Positions 38,897 through 48,679 of a stretch of 64,000 bases of DNA are shown in pieces. The notes under the pieces were generated by a model. That model searched no databases, was not told the DNA's origin, and saw only the letters and a list, made by a program, of their open reading frames with translations. Position numbers and translations under genes: made by a program. Origin of the DNA: a bacterium. Lineage in GTDB: Bacteria > UBA8248. The stretch is from contig OZ253442.1 in assembly GCA_965261085.1 (NCBI GenBank), positions 3,136,001-3,200,000 of the forward strand, written 5' to 3'. How positions within the stretch are numbered: position 1 is the first letter of the stretch; each line of letters opens with the position of its first letter.

Positions 38897-39901
38897 TTAC
38901 TTCGCCATGGCCGCTTTGGGAAGTTTGATGCCCTTTTCCTTGTAATAGCGAATTGCGCCCGGATGTACGGGGATGTTCGCCTTCTCCATGTTGGAAATTT
39001 TCAGCGCCTCCCAGGATTTGTGGGCGAGCGCCAGATCCTTCTTGTTCGCGAAAGTCGCCTTCACCACCTCGTAGACAAGATCGTTCGGCACGTGCATGCC
39101 CACCCCGAGCCAGTTCGTTTGCCCGATGGTCTTGACGGGCTTTGGGTTGCCCTTGTACATGCCGCCGACGATCGCGGTTTTCACGTAAAACGGATATTTC
39201 GCCAGCATCATGTCCGCCCATTTACCGTGCCCGAGCCCGAATACGCGGAAAGGCAGCTGGGAGGTGATGGAGGCGACGGCGGGATGAGGCGGCGCGCCAA
39301 TCGTGGCGGCGACGTCCAGGATGCCGTCCTGCATCATCCGGTTCGCCTGGCCGTGGCCCACGTTCGTCACCTGGCTGGGTTTGAGGCCGGTCACCTTCAT
39401 GAGGTTGCGGCCGAAGCGGTCCACGCCGCTTCCCGGGCGGCTGATGTTGAGGCGCTTACCGGCGATATCCTCGGCTTTCATGACGGGGCTTTTTACCGGG
39501 GTCCAGAACTGCACGCCGGAACTGTCCACCGGCGACATGATGCGCAGTTTATTGTACCGCACCCCCTTGGCGAACCCTCTGCCGAAATAGGCGGCGTCCG
39601 AGATGCTCGAACTCGTGCCGAAGCCGAAGTCCTGTCTTCCCTGGCTGATGAGCCTGGCGTTCACCGTTGCGCCGGCGGTCGACTCCACCGAGGAATGGAG
39701 CTTGAGAGCCTTGTTGAGCACGCTGGACCAGCCCAACGCCTGGAACTGGATGGTTCCCTGAAGAGGCCCGCCGCCGATGGTGATACGCTTGGGCCAGTCT
39801 TTTCTGGCGCCCTCGGCGGGAGCGGAATACAGGACTCCGAGAGCGAACACGGCGATAATCGCAAAAACTATGGGTTTAATCTGCTTGCCGGGGAAATTCA
39901 T
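38897..39901 (-). CDS. TAXI family TRAP substrate-binding protein
   Basis: Signal peptide; GG..G, STAGATVN, PGSG and IPVHPGAIRYYKEKG motifs; ATG 39901 with AGGAG RBS. Confidence 0.9.
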   Translation of the reverse strand: MNFPGKQIKPIVFAIIAVFALGVLYSAPAEGARKDWPKRITIGGGPLQGTIQFQALGWSSVLNKALKLHSSVESTAGATVNARLISQGRQDFGFGTSSSISDAAYFGRGFAKGVRYNKLRIMSPVDSSGVQFWTPVKSPVMKAEDIAGKRLNISRPGSGVDRFGRNLMKVTGLKPSQVTNVGHGQANRMMQDGILDVAATIGAPPHPAVASITSQLPFRVFGLGHGKWADMMLAKYPFYVKTAIVGGMYKGNPKPVKTIGQTNWLGVGMHVPNDLVYEVVKATFANKKDLALAHKSWEALKISNMEKANIPVHPGAIRYYKEKGIKLPKAAMAK

Positions 39902-39958
39902 GGTCTTTCTCCTCTGGATGGTATGTGCAGGTTGCAAGGTTGAGTGGAGCATCCACGT

Positions 39959-41881
39959 TTATGGACTCTCCTCAAGTGCGTCCTCTTTTTGTCTTCCGTT
40001 ACGAATTGTTCGGAACCAGGCGAGGAGCTCGTCTCCCACGCCCAAGCCCAGCACGATGAGACCCAGCAAATCCGTCAGGCCGCCAGAGAGGATCAGCAAC
40101 AGGGCCGCCGCTCCCAGCACGCCTCTCCGCCATAGGGGAAGCCCACGATCAATGACGCACCGCGCCAGGGCGTAGACGCCGAAAAGCGCCGTGGCCACCG
40201 CTACGCCGATTCCTCCCCAGGAGCCTTGCATCAGGAGAGAATCCCCGTAGACGAACATAAACGGGACGATATAGGCGGCGATTCCGAGCCGCACCGCCAT
40301 GAAGCCGACCTGCATGGGATGGGCCCCGGCGAGCGCGCCAGCGGCGAAGGCGGAAGCCGCGACGGGCGGGGTCATCGTGGCGAGTACGGCGTAGTAGAAA
40401 ATAAACATGTGGGCGCTTAAGAGCGGGACCCCCAGCTTCACGAGAGCAGGGCCGGCGGCCGCCGCGGCGACGAGGTAGGCGGCGACGGTGGGCACGCCCA
40501 TGCCCAAGACGATGGAGACCAGCATGACGGCGAGGAGGCCCAAAAATTTACTCTCCCCCACGTAGGAGAGCAATAAATCCGTGACTTTGAGTCCCAGCCC
40601 CGTGAGAGACAAAACACCCACGACCACGCCCGCCAACGCGCTGGGAGTCGCGACGTGAATGACGCCTTCCATCGTCCGGTAGAGCGCCTCGGCCATTCTT
40701 TTCGCCCCCATGCGCGTTTCTTGCCTGAACCAACTGGCGACTACCGCCGCCCCGATGGCGTAAAAGGCCGACTTCATCGGCGAGACCCGCACGTAGACCA
40801 GAAAGTAGATGAGGACGAATATGGGCAGAAGCAAGTGGCCGTTCTGGCGCAAGACGTCCCACAAGCGGGGGAGTTCGCTTTTGGGCAGGCCGCTTAGCCC
40901 TAGATTCTTGGCTTCGACGCCGATCATGAAATAGACCGCCACGTAGAACAGAATGGCCGGTATGAGGCCCGCCGCGGCGATTTTGAGATAGGGAATACCT
41001 GTCACCTCGGCCATCACGAACGCCGTGACTCCCATGACGGGAGGCATGAGCTGCCCGCCGGTGGAAGCGACGGTTTCGACGGCGCCCGCGAAGGCGGGTC
41101 GATAGCCGATGTTCTTCATCAGGGGAATGGTGAAGGTGCCGGTCGTCACCACGTTCGTCACCGAACTGCCGGACATGGTGCCGAAGAGGCTGCTGGCGAA
41201 AACCGCCACCTTGGCCGGCCCGCCTCTCGCGCCCCCGGCGATGGCCAAAGACGTATCGATGAAGAGCCGGCCCGCGCCTGAGCTCTGAAGGGCGGCGCCG
41301 AAGAGGATGAAAAGGATGATGAAGGTTGACGAGGCCGCCAGTGGGGGCCCGAAAATTCCTTCCAGGCTGTAGAGATACGTGACGACACGCTGGAATGAAT
41401 AGCCCCTGTGCCCCCAAAGACCGGGGAGATAGTCGCCCCATAGCGCATAGGCCAGGCAGACGAGGGCGAGGATCGGGAGCACGAACCCCTGCAAGCGGCG
41501 TCCCATCTCCAGGATGATGAGGAACGTGATGGTAGCGAACAGAACGTCGTAACCATTCGGATCGACGCCGACCCGGTAGAGCATGTTGTCGAAGTCGACG
41601 ATGAGGTAGATAGTCGTCGTAACGAGGAGAAAAGCGAGGGAGTAATCGAGGAGGTTGGGGCCTTCGCTTTTCTTGTCGGCTCTCCAGGGGATGAGCGCGA
41701 AAACGAGGATTCCGGATGACGTCAGGTGAAAAGATCGCAATATCCAGGGCTGAATCGGCTGGACCATGAGAACGTAGAGGTGATAAGCGGTGCTCAGCGC
41801 CCCGAAGGCGAATATGATCTTCGCCAGAATACCGGAGAGGTTCCTGTGCTGGGACCCTATTCCCTCGGCTCTATCCTGCAT
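39959..41881 (-). CDS. TRAP transporter fused permease (4TM/12TM)
   Basis: GGPAKVAV, SGSSV.NVVTTG, STGGQLMPPVMG, LGMGVPT and TPPVA motifs. Confidence 0.92.
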   Translation of the reverse strand: MQDRAEGIGSQHRNLSGILAKIIFAFGALSTAYHLYVLMVQPIQPWILRSFHLTSSGILVFALIPWRADKKSEGPNLLDYSLAFLLVTTTIYLIVDFDNMLYRVGVDPNGYDVLFATITFLIILEMGRRLQGFVLPILALVCLAYALWGDYLPGLWGHRGYSFQRVVTYLYSLEGIFGPPLAASSTFIILFILFGAALQSSGAGRLFIDTSLAIAGGARGGPAKVAVFASSLFGTMSGSSVTNVVTTGTFTIPLMKNIGYRPAFAGAVETVASTGGQLMPPVMGVTAFVMAEVTGIPYLKIAAAGLIPAILFYVAVYFMIGVEAKNLGLSGLPKSELPRLWDVLRQNGHLLLPIFVLIYFLVYVRVSPMKSAFYAIGAAVVASWFRQETRMGAKRMAEALYRTMEGVIHVATPSALAGVVVGVLSLTGLGLKVTDLLLSYVGESKFLGLLAVMLVSIVLGMGVPTVAAYLVAAAAAGPALVKLGVPLLSAHMFIFYYAVLATMTPPVAASAFAAGALAGAHPMQVGFMAVRLGIAAYIVPFMFVYGDSLLMQGSWGGIGVAVATALFGVYALARCVIDRGLPLWRRGVLGAAALLLILSGGLTDLLGLIVLGLGVGDELLAWFRTIRNGRQKEDALEESP

Positions 41882-42151
41882 CGGCTTCGCCTTTGTGCGG
41901 TCTGTGTTTCATGCGAAAAGGAATCTCCAAAAATCCTTTCCGGCACCATGGAATTTTCAATAGCGTCGTTTTTGGCAATCCCTCAAAAAAATTTTATGAG
42001 CGCTCGTCCTCGACGCGATTCGGGAGACATCGTTTCGGCCCCGGGTTTTCGCACGCGAAACGCAGAGGCGCCACGAAACCCTCGTCATCGGGAATCCGGC
42101 TTTCCTGAAACCCGGGAAGGACGCCTCGCTCTGAATAAGATGTTATGTAAG

Positions 42152-42161
42152 TGGTATACAA
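42152..42161. promoter_or_regulatory. Possible GntR/FadR-type operator upstream of the TRAP-to-sat operon
   Basis: TGGTATACAA, a near-palindrome of the TNGTATACNA type, in an AT-rich intergenic tract. Confidence 0.35.
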
Positions 42162-42221
42162 ACAATCATTTTCCGGGTCAAGCCCGCGTCATTTCGCTCA
42201 ATTTCGAAGGGACAGCCCGTG

Positions 42222-43748
42222 CTATTCTTCTCCCAGGGCGAACTCCTCTTCAGGCTGGCTTTTGTTCTTCCTGAAAAGAGCGGAAATTATCGGATATGCA
42301 AGGACGAGGGCGGTCAAAACGATAAGGGCGATGCTGATCGGCCGGGTCCATAGAATCGACCAGTCATCCTGCGACAGGCGAAGCGAAACCCTGAGGTTGA
42401 ACTCGACTTTTGGACCCAGGATGAGCCCGAGGATCAGGGGGGCGATGGGAAACTTCAGCCGCTCCAGGGCATAGCCGAACAAGCCGAACGCCAGCATCAG
42501 GTATACATTGAAGATGCTGTTCTCGAACGAATAGATCCCCACCACCGTCAGCGCGATGATGAGCGGCATCAATTGAACCTGCGCCAGCCGCAAGATGTTG
42601 GCGAACAGCTTCGTCGCGATGATGCCCCCGAACACGAACAAAGAAGCGGAGGTGAACAGCATCGCCCACATGTAGCCATATACCACGTCCGGCGCTTCCT
42701 TGAACAAGCGCGGGCCGGGTTCGAGTCCGTGGATCAAAAGGCCCGCTAGTATCAGGGCGGCCAGCCCGCTGCCGGGAACCCCCAGCGTGAGCGCCGGGAT
42801 CATGGCGGCCGCGTTGTCGGCGTTGTTGGCGCATTCGGCCACGGCGACACCAACGGGGTTTCCCTTGCCGAAGCTCTCGGGATCTTTCGATGAGCGTTTG
42901 GTTTCGTTATATGCGATGAAGGCGCCGACGACGCCCCCGACGCCGGGTAGAATCCCGATGATGATCCCGATGACGTTCGCGCGGATCCACGCGGGGAAAA
43001 TCTGCGCCCACGGCCAGTTCGACATGTCCGACTTGCCCTTGAACTCCAGGTCTTTCGATTTGACGCCGGTCATGATGGCGCGCTCGGCCATCTGAAACGC
43101 CGGCGGCAGCGCGTACACCCCGACCATGATGACGATGAGTTGCAGTCCGGCCGAGAGTTCCAGGGTGTCGAAAGTGAAGCGCTCATACCCGGTCACGTGG
43201 TCGAGCCCCACCATTCCCAGGACCAGCCCGATGCAAGACGCCATGAGGCCCTTGATGGGGTCCGAGCCCAACAGTACGGCGATGCTGGAAAGACCGAACA
43301 AGCTGATCCAGAAAATTTCGGGGGGGCCGAAGGCAAGGGCGAATTCGGCAAGCGGCGGGGAGAGTATCATTAGGGATACGGCGCTGACCATGCCTCCCAC
43401 CGCCGAGGAGACGCAGGCGATCTTGAGAGCACGCTCCGCGAGACCCTGCTGGGCCATCGGGTAGCCGTCGAACGTGGTGGCGATGGCGCCCGGCGTGCCC
43501 GGAATGCGCAATAAGACGGCGGGGATGGCGCCGCCGTATGAGCCGCCGTTGTGGATGCCGGCCATCATCCCCAGCGCCATGAGCGGGGACATGCCGAAGG
43601 TGAGGGGGATGAGAAGGGCGATGCCCATCGTCGCGGTCAGGCCCGGAATGGCGCCGAAGATGATGCCGCCAATCACCCCCACGACCATGGCGAGAATGTT
43701 CTGCCACTCGAGGATGACCCATAGGGAATTGTAGAAAGGCTCGATCAA
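42222..43748 (-). CDS. tctA: Tripartite tricarboxylate transporter large permease
   Basis: GAIPGL, YGGAIPAVLLRIPGTP, DGYPMAQQG, E.ANNA and LTLGVPG motifs. Confidence 0.93.
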   Translation of the reverse strand: MIEPFYNSLWVILEWQNILAMVVGVIGGIIFGAIPGLTATMGIALLIPLTFGMSPLMALGMMAGIHNGGSYGGAIPAVLLRIPGTPGAIATTFDGYPMAQQGLAERALKIACVSSAVGGMVSAVSLMILSPPLAEFALAFGPPEIFWISLFGLSSIAVLLGSDPIKGLMASCIGLVLGMVGLDHVTGYERFTFDTLELSAGLQLIVIMVGVYALPPAFQMAERAIMTGVKSKDLEFKGKSDMSNWPWAQIFPAWIRANVIGIIIGILPGVGGVVGAFIAYNETKRSSKDPESFGKGNPVGVAVAECANNADNAAAMIPALTLGVPGSGLAALILAGLLIHGLEPGPRLFKEAPDVVYGYMWAMLFTSASLFVFGGIIATKLFANILRLAQVQLMPLIIALTVVGIYSFENSIFNVYLMLAFGLFGYALERLKFPIAPLILGLILGPKVEFNLRVSLRLSQDDWSILWTRPISIALIVLTALVLAYPIISALFRKNKSQPEEEFALGEE

Positions 43749-43816
43749 GGTTTCATTCCTGTAGCTCGGCGTATGGGATCAAGTCGGCGTCCGGGCACGA
43801 TGTTTCTCGTTCCTCT

Positions 43817-44257
43817 TTAGTGGCGCAGGAAAAATTCCTGCGTGAGCGGGCGGTCGAAAAGCTGGTCGAAAACCACGAAGATGAACAGAAGATAACAAAC
43901 CGTGGTCGCCGCAATGACGAACCTGTTCCGGTAGCCCAGCGCCCAGGCTGCGGCGGGAATGAAAATCAACGAGGCGCTGTAGTAGCCGAGATACTGCACG
44001 CCGACGATGAAGCCCAGAGCCATGAAGGCGATCAGAACGAACCGTTTGTGGTGAATGAAGAACGGCTCGAAGGCTTTGATGCGCTCGGATTTGAGCCAGG
44101 ACTTCACGAACATGAGCACGGATAGGATGACCATCAACCCGATGACTATCCGCGGGTAGAAGGCCGCTTCCTCGGGGAAACTCCCGGCGTGGAAATAGAG
44201 GAAAGTCGTCACGACGAAGAAGATGACCGAGGCGACTCTGTCATGGTTTTCGAACAC
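43817..44257 (-). CDS. tctB: Tripartite tricarboxylate transporter small permease
   Basis: Four TM segments, FYP motif, C-terminal VF..LF..PL; located upstream of tctA; start uncertain. Confidence 0.8.
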   Translation of the reverse strand: MFENHDRVASVIFFVVTTFLYFHAGSFPEEAAFYPRIVIGLMVILSVLMFVKSWLKSERIKAFEPFFIHHKRFVLIAFMALGFIVGVQYLGYYSASLIFIPAAAWALGYRNRFVIAATTVCYLLFIFVVFDQLFDRPLTQEFFLRH

Positions 44258-44327
44258 GTGCGCTTCCCCCGCAAGCGTAGCCAGGGACAACCCGTCTGAG
44301 GCCGTATTTCACAGCGCCGCGTCTCTT

Positions 44328-45110
44328 TTAAGGCGCGGCGTCGACCTCCGCCAGGAACCCGAGCGTGTGCCGGCAGAACGCCTCGGGTCTTTCAATCGGG
44401 ATCAGGTGCCCGCAGTCGGGAACCTTGATCAGGCGCGAGCCGGGAATTCCTTCGTTCATGATTTTCGCATGGCCCATCACGTTGGTAATGTCCGTCTCGC
44501 CATTGAGAATCAGCGTCGGGGCTTTGATACCGGGGAGTTCCTCCTCGATGTCGAACGTCCCGAGCGCGGTGACCGTCAACTCGCGCATTTTTTGCGGTGA
44601 CTGGAGCGCGATTTCATACGCTTCTGCGATGTCCGCCTCATCGCTGCTCGGGCGAAACCAGTGGTGGATGAGACGCTCCGCGACGGCGGGCCACCCGTCT
44701 CGCTCCAACTCGGCCAGCGTTTCGGGGACGTTGCGCCCCGTCCGGTCGGGCATGGTCCCCACGAGCACCAGCCCGTCCACCCGCTCGGGGTAATCCAGAG
44801 CGAAGCACTGGGCGATCATCCCGCCCAGGGACAGGCCGCAGACGTGGGCCTTCTCGACGCCTAAGGCGTCCATCAAGCGCGCCAGTTCCCCGGCGAATCC
44901 GCTCGGTGAGAAATCGCCGGTTTCGGTTTTCTCCGATTCGCCGAATCCCTGACGATCATGGGCGATCACGCGGTAGCGTTTTTTGAATTCGGGCGTGATT
45001 TTGCGCCACACGCGGCCCGAACCCGCATTTCCGTGAAGAAAAAATACGGGTTTTCCCTCGCCTTCGTCGACGTAATGCAGATCGACTCCGGACACGTTGA
45101 TATGCGGCAT
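44328..45110 (-). CDS. Alpha/beta hydrolase (enol-lactonase-like)
   Basis: FLHG, D.QGFGES, nucleophile elbow GLSLGG, GETD and GH motifs. Confidence 0.9.
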   Translation of the reverse strand: MPHINVSGVDLHYVDEGEGKPVFFLHGNAGSGRVWRKITPEFKKRYRVIAHDRQGFGESEKTETGDFSPSGFAGELARLMDALGVEKAHVCGLSLGGMIAQCFALDYPERVDGLVLVGTMPDRTGRNVPETLAELERDGWPAVAERLIHHWFRPSSDEADIAEAYEIALQSPQKMRELTVTALGTFDIEEELPGIKAPTLILNGETDITNVMGHAKIMNEGIPGSRLIKVPDCGHLIPIERPEAFCRHTLGFLAEVDAAP

Positions 45111-45202
45111 ACGCTCCACCTGGCCCGAGGCGCAATAACACGTCGCGCCCTCGGGTTGCCTGTGATTCTATATAGTTGCCCGTCGAATCCCCTGGTGATG
45201 TT

Positions 45203-46180
45203 CTATTTCTTTTTCTTCTTCATCCAGGGATTCGTCTTCCAGAGCATCTCGTGGGCCATGTGAGAGTTGTTGGCGACTTTCGCCATCTCCTGCCCGCTCG
45301 TGTATTCCACCGCAACTTTTTGCTTATTCGCGACTTTCAGGAATCCCGGGTCTTCAATCGCCTTTTTGAAGGCGGCGCGCAGTTTCGCCAGTATGGGGGC
45401 CGGCACCCCTTTGGGAGCGGCCACGGGACGATAGACGAAGTTGGTGATGTCCACGCCTTGCTCCTTGAACGTCGGGATCCAGGAACCGAGCGACACTCGC
45501 TTGGGCGCCGCCTGGGCGATGATGCGCACCTTGTCCTTGAATTTCGCGATGGCCGAGAGCGATATCGCCAGGACCGGAACGTGGCCGCCCAGCAAGGCGT
45601 TGCGCGCGGGGCCGCCGCCGCCGAAGGGCACCTTGTTCAGTTTCAGTCCCGTCTTGACCATGAACTTGCTGGTCCCGATGCTGTGGACGCTGCTGAGCGC
45701 CGCCACGCCTATCGAGATTTTACCGGGATTCTTCTTGGCGTCGGCCATCAGGTCCGCCAGGGTTTTGTACTTGCTCGTATTGAGCACGGCGAACGTCGTA
45801 GGCCCCCTGTTGACGTTGCCCAGAAAGTCGAAGTCCTTGATGGTGTATTTCACCTTCCCCATGATGGGGCCGACGATGGCCTGCGGGAAGTTCGTCATAC
45901 CGATGGTGTAGCCGTCGGGCTTGGCGTTCGCTATCGCGTTGAACCCGATGTTGCCGCCCGCGCCCGGCTTGTTGATGATGGCGATTTTTGCACCTTTGCC
46001 CAGATGTTTCTCCAGGAAGGGAACGAAAGCGCGGGACGTCCTGTCGGAACCTCCCCCGACCCTGTAGGCGACGATGTAGTTGATGGCGCGTTCGGGATAA
46101 GCCGCCGTCGCCGGGGCGGAATGAAACCCCGTCAATACCAAAACACCACAGATGATGAAGCATTTCATAATCTTGGACAT
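45203..46180 (-). CDS. tctC: TTT substrate-binding protein (TctC/Bug)
   Basis: YPERAI.YIV...GGGSD, NKPGAGG, KPDGYT, VPFGGG and PTFKEQG motifs. Confidence 0.92.
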   Translation of the reverse strand: MSKIMKCFIICGVLVLTGFHSAPATAAYPERAINYIVAYRVGGGSDRTSRAFVPFLEKHLGKGAKIAIINKPGAGGNIGFNAIANAKPDGYTIGMTNFPQAIVGPIMGKVKYTIKDFDFLGNVNRGPTTFAVLNTSKYKTLADLMADAKKNPGKISIGVAALSSVHSIGTSKFMVKTGLKLNKVPFGGGGPARNALLGGHVPVLAISLSAIAKFKDKVRIIAQAAPKRVSLGSWIPTFKEQGVDITNFVYRPVAAPKGVPAPILAKLRAAFKKAIEDPGFLKVANKQKVAVEYTSGQEMAKVANNSHMAHEMLWKTNPWMKKKKK

Positions 46181-46434
46181 CAGGCTTCCTCCATGAGCAG
46201 ATTTTTCCCAGATTTCGTTTCAATTCCGTGAACTTGGCTCCTTTTTCTTGGTGGTTTTGCGCGCCGCGAGAGATGTTCCGCGAGCGAAAGGAAATATGAG
46301 CAAGCCGATTTTCCTCAAACGGCGCATGGCTCAAATACTATATGGATGGGCCTCATCATAGAGAATCCACGAAGGCGGCACAAGCGCGCCTCACCCGGCC
46401 GGGAAATCCCGATGCGCCGTGAATCGCCTCATCA

Positions 46435-47448
46435 TCAGCAAAGCGAGCGCAACAGGGATTTTCTGTCTTCGAGCTTCCAGACGCCTTCTCCGAGTCGCTC
46501 CCGCCGCCTTTCGGCATGCCATTTGCGGTAGGCGATCACTCGGGTGGCGGAAATCATCTCGCTCTCCATCAACTGGGCCGCTAGCTTGGCAGGGATGGGC
46601 TTTGCGCTTTCGCCTACCGGGTAGCCGAACTCGACGAGCAACTCCCCCATGACTTCCTCGAGCGCGGAAACATCACCTGCGGGGAGGCGCTTTTTGTACA
46701 TCTCGCAGTATTCCGTGGAAATAGGCCGCCCGCTCTTCACATGGTTGGGAAGTGAACTCCAGTTTTTGGAGGAATCCGTCTCATGATGGCTGAGCATTTG
46801 TCCGTCGAAGTCCTCGTTCAGAAATCCGCATAGTTTTTTAAGCGCATTCTCCGGGTCGGCGCACAAATCCTCGTACCGGATGACGTAGTAATCCGATTCG
46901 CTCAGACGTTTCCCCGATGCGTGCGCCGCGCCCGCAAAATCCTTCCAGACATGGGCGCCCGAATATACGTTCTCGGGCAGCATCTCGGGTGAGGCGGCGA
47001 TGTCGATCGCCATGTCGCGTCCATCGCGCACGATGTGCACGAATTGCGCATCCTCGAAATCTTGTTTGATCTCCTCCATCCAGAATGAATTCCGGGGAGA
47101 TTTTTCGCCCCACCGCTCCTTGCCCGTGCTCTCGGCGTAGTGGCGGTGCAAAGCGTCGTAAAGCCCGCGAAAGGTCGGCTCCCGAGAGGCGGAAACGAGG
47201 TCCTGAGGCGTGAAGTCGAGCTTCATGTTTTTGATAAAGGGGCTTTCGAAGAAGTCCTCGGCGAGCGCCGTGAGGTTCTCGGGGCTTGTGAGGTCGCCAT
47301 AGCTGTAAAGATAGGGATACACCATTTCATACAGCCAGGCGGGGGATGGCACGGCCAGGCGCGGGTGGGCGTCCAGGATGAGCCGAAACAGGGTCGAGCC
47401 CGACCGTGGGGCGCTGACGATGAATACGGGTTTTGAGAAATCCGGCAT
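46435..47448 (-). CDS. Sulfotransferase, paralog of 34485..35498
   Basis: APRSGSTLF, WGEKSP, VRDGRD and RYEDL motifs. Confidence 0.9.
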   Translation of the reverse strand: MPDFSKPVFIVSAPRSGSTLFRLILDAHPRLAVPSPAWLYEMVYPYLYSYGDLTSPENLTALAEDFFESPFIKNMKLDFTPQDLVSASREPTFRGLYDALHRHYAESTGKERWGEKSPRNSFWMEEIKQDFEDAQFVHIVRDGRDMAIDIAASPEMLPENVYSGAHVWKDFAGAAHASGKRLSESDYYVIRYEDLCADPENALKKLCGFLNEDFDGQMLSHHETDSSKNWSSLPNHVKSGRPISTEYCEMYKKRLPAGDVSALEEVMGELLVEFGYPVGESAKPIPAKLAAQLMESEMISATRVIAYRKWHAERRRERLGEGVWKLEDRKSLLRSLC

Positions 47449-47688
47449 GTTTCCTCCTTCGTGGATTCTTAATCCCTTTTCGGGCGGGTGCTCACGACGT
47501 CCCCTTGCCCCGATATGAACAGAGTGTGTCTCATATACTCACGCGAGTGAGGTTCATAATCAAGCGGTGGTGAGGGAGAATCAGGTCATGCCTCCAATCG
47601 GTTCCCATCCTTGCAACCGCAGGGTTGATGCGATTTACTGCGAATCATGACCCCGCAGCAAAACTAACGAGCGCAAAAGGAGTTCAAG

Positions 47689-48501
47689 ATGGCAAGATTC
47701 GCCTTCGATTTCGTTCCTCTCCCCGAAGAGCGCAGCATGGAAAAACCCAGAACCAGCGGGATCACCATGATGATCGACAAGGGGGAGACCATCGAGTATC
47801 TCCAGGGCCTGCTTCGGATGAGCGGTTCGTTCATCGACCTGGGCAAAATAGCGGTGGGTACTTCACGCCTTTATCTCGAGGATTATTATCGAGAGAAGCT
47901 CGATCTGTTCAAAAGCCACGATATCAAACCCTTCATCGGTGGGCAGTTTCTGGAATTCATTTTCGCCACGCAGGGCTGGGGCGGGGTTCAGCCCTATTTC
48001 GAGGCGGCGGCGGAATACGGGGTCGAGGCGATAGAGATTTCCGACAATTGCGTTTCCTTATCCGACAATGAGAGAGAGCGAATGGTTCGCTCGGCCGTAG
48101 ACGCGGGCCTTGATGTGCACGGCGAGGTGGGCTCCAAGACCGGCAAGCAGGACATAGCGGAGTTAATCTCCCAGGCCGGCATCTGTCTGGAGGCGGGAGC
48201 CTCGGTAGTGCTTTTCGAGGCGGCCGAACTCATGCCGGGTGGAGAGATCGATAGGGATCTGATCGATGCTATTCGCAACCGGATGGACGCGCGGAAGGTC
48301 ATTTTCGAGCTGCCCGGCTGGTGGATCGAAGGCACGACGAACAACGTCATCTATGAACTCCAGAAATTCCTGATCACAGAATTCGGCCCTGACGTCAACA
48401 TCGGGAACGTGCCTCCCTGGATGACGTTCAATCTCGAGGCCTTGCGCTGCGGCCTCAGCTCGGCCGGCCCGACGGAGCGGAGCTTCGAATCCGCCGGATG
48501 A
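47689..48501 (+). CDS. comA: Phosphosulfolactate synthase (ComA family)
   Basis: KPRTSGITMMIDKG, K...GTS, EISD, EVGSK, IFE, FGPDVNIGNV and LEALRCGL motifs. Confidence 0.87.
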   Translation: MARFAFDFVPLPEERSMEKPRTSGITMMIDKGETIEYLQGLLRMSGSFIDLGKIAVGTSRLYLEDYYREKLDLFKSHDIKPFIGGQFLEFIFATQGWGGVQPYFEAAAEYGVEAIEISDNCVSLSDNERERMVRSAVDAGLDVHGEVGSKTGKQDIAELISQAGICLEAGASVVLFEAAELMPGGEIDRDLIDAIRNRMDARKVIFELPGWWIEGTTNNVIYELQKFLITEFGPDVNIGNVPPWMTFNLEALRCGLSSAGPTERSFESAG

Positions 48502-48542
48502 GGAAATTTTTCTCTGGAACGAGAGCCTGCGCGTATGAAAAG

Positions 48543-48660
48543 CTATTTCTCGATAAGGAATCCGAGAGCGGTTTCACGAGATAGCTGAACTGCGATCCGG
48601 ATATGGACCTCGACGGGCATCTCCGGCGTGAGCGAAAGCTCGTTTGAGAGAGCGGTCAGC
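48543..48660 (-). pseudogene. Possible relic of the 3' end of an HlyD-family membrane fusion gene
   Basis: LSLTPEMPVEVHIR...TALGFLIEK* resembles the HlyD C-terminal L.PGMPVEV.I...RT.L.YL motif; no N-terminal part. Confidence 0.35.
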
Positions 48661-48679
48661 GGTCTCTTTCCCGCCGGGA

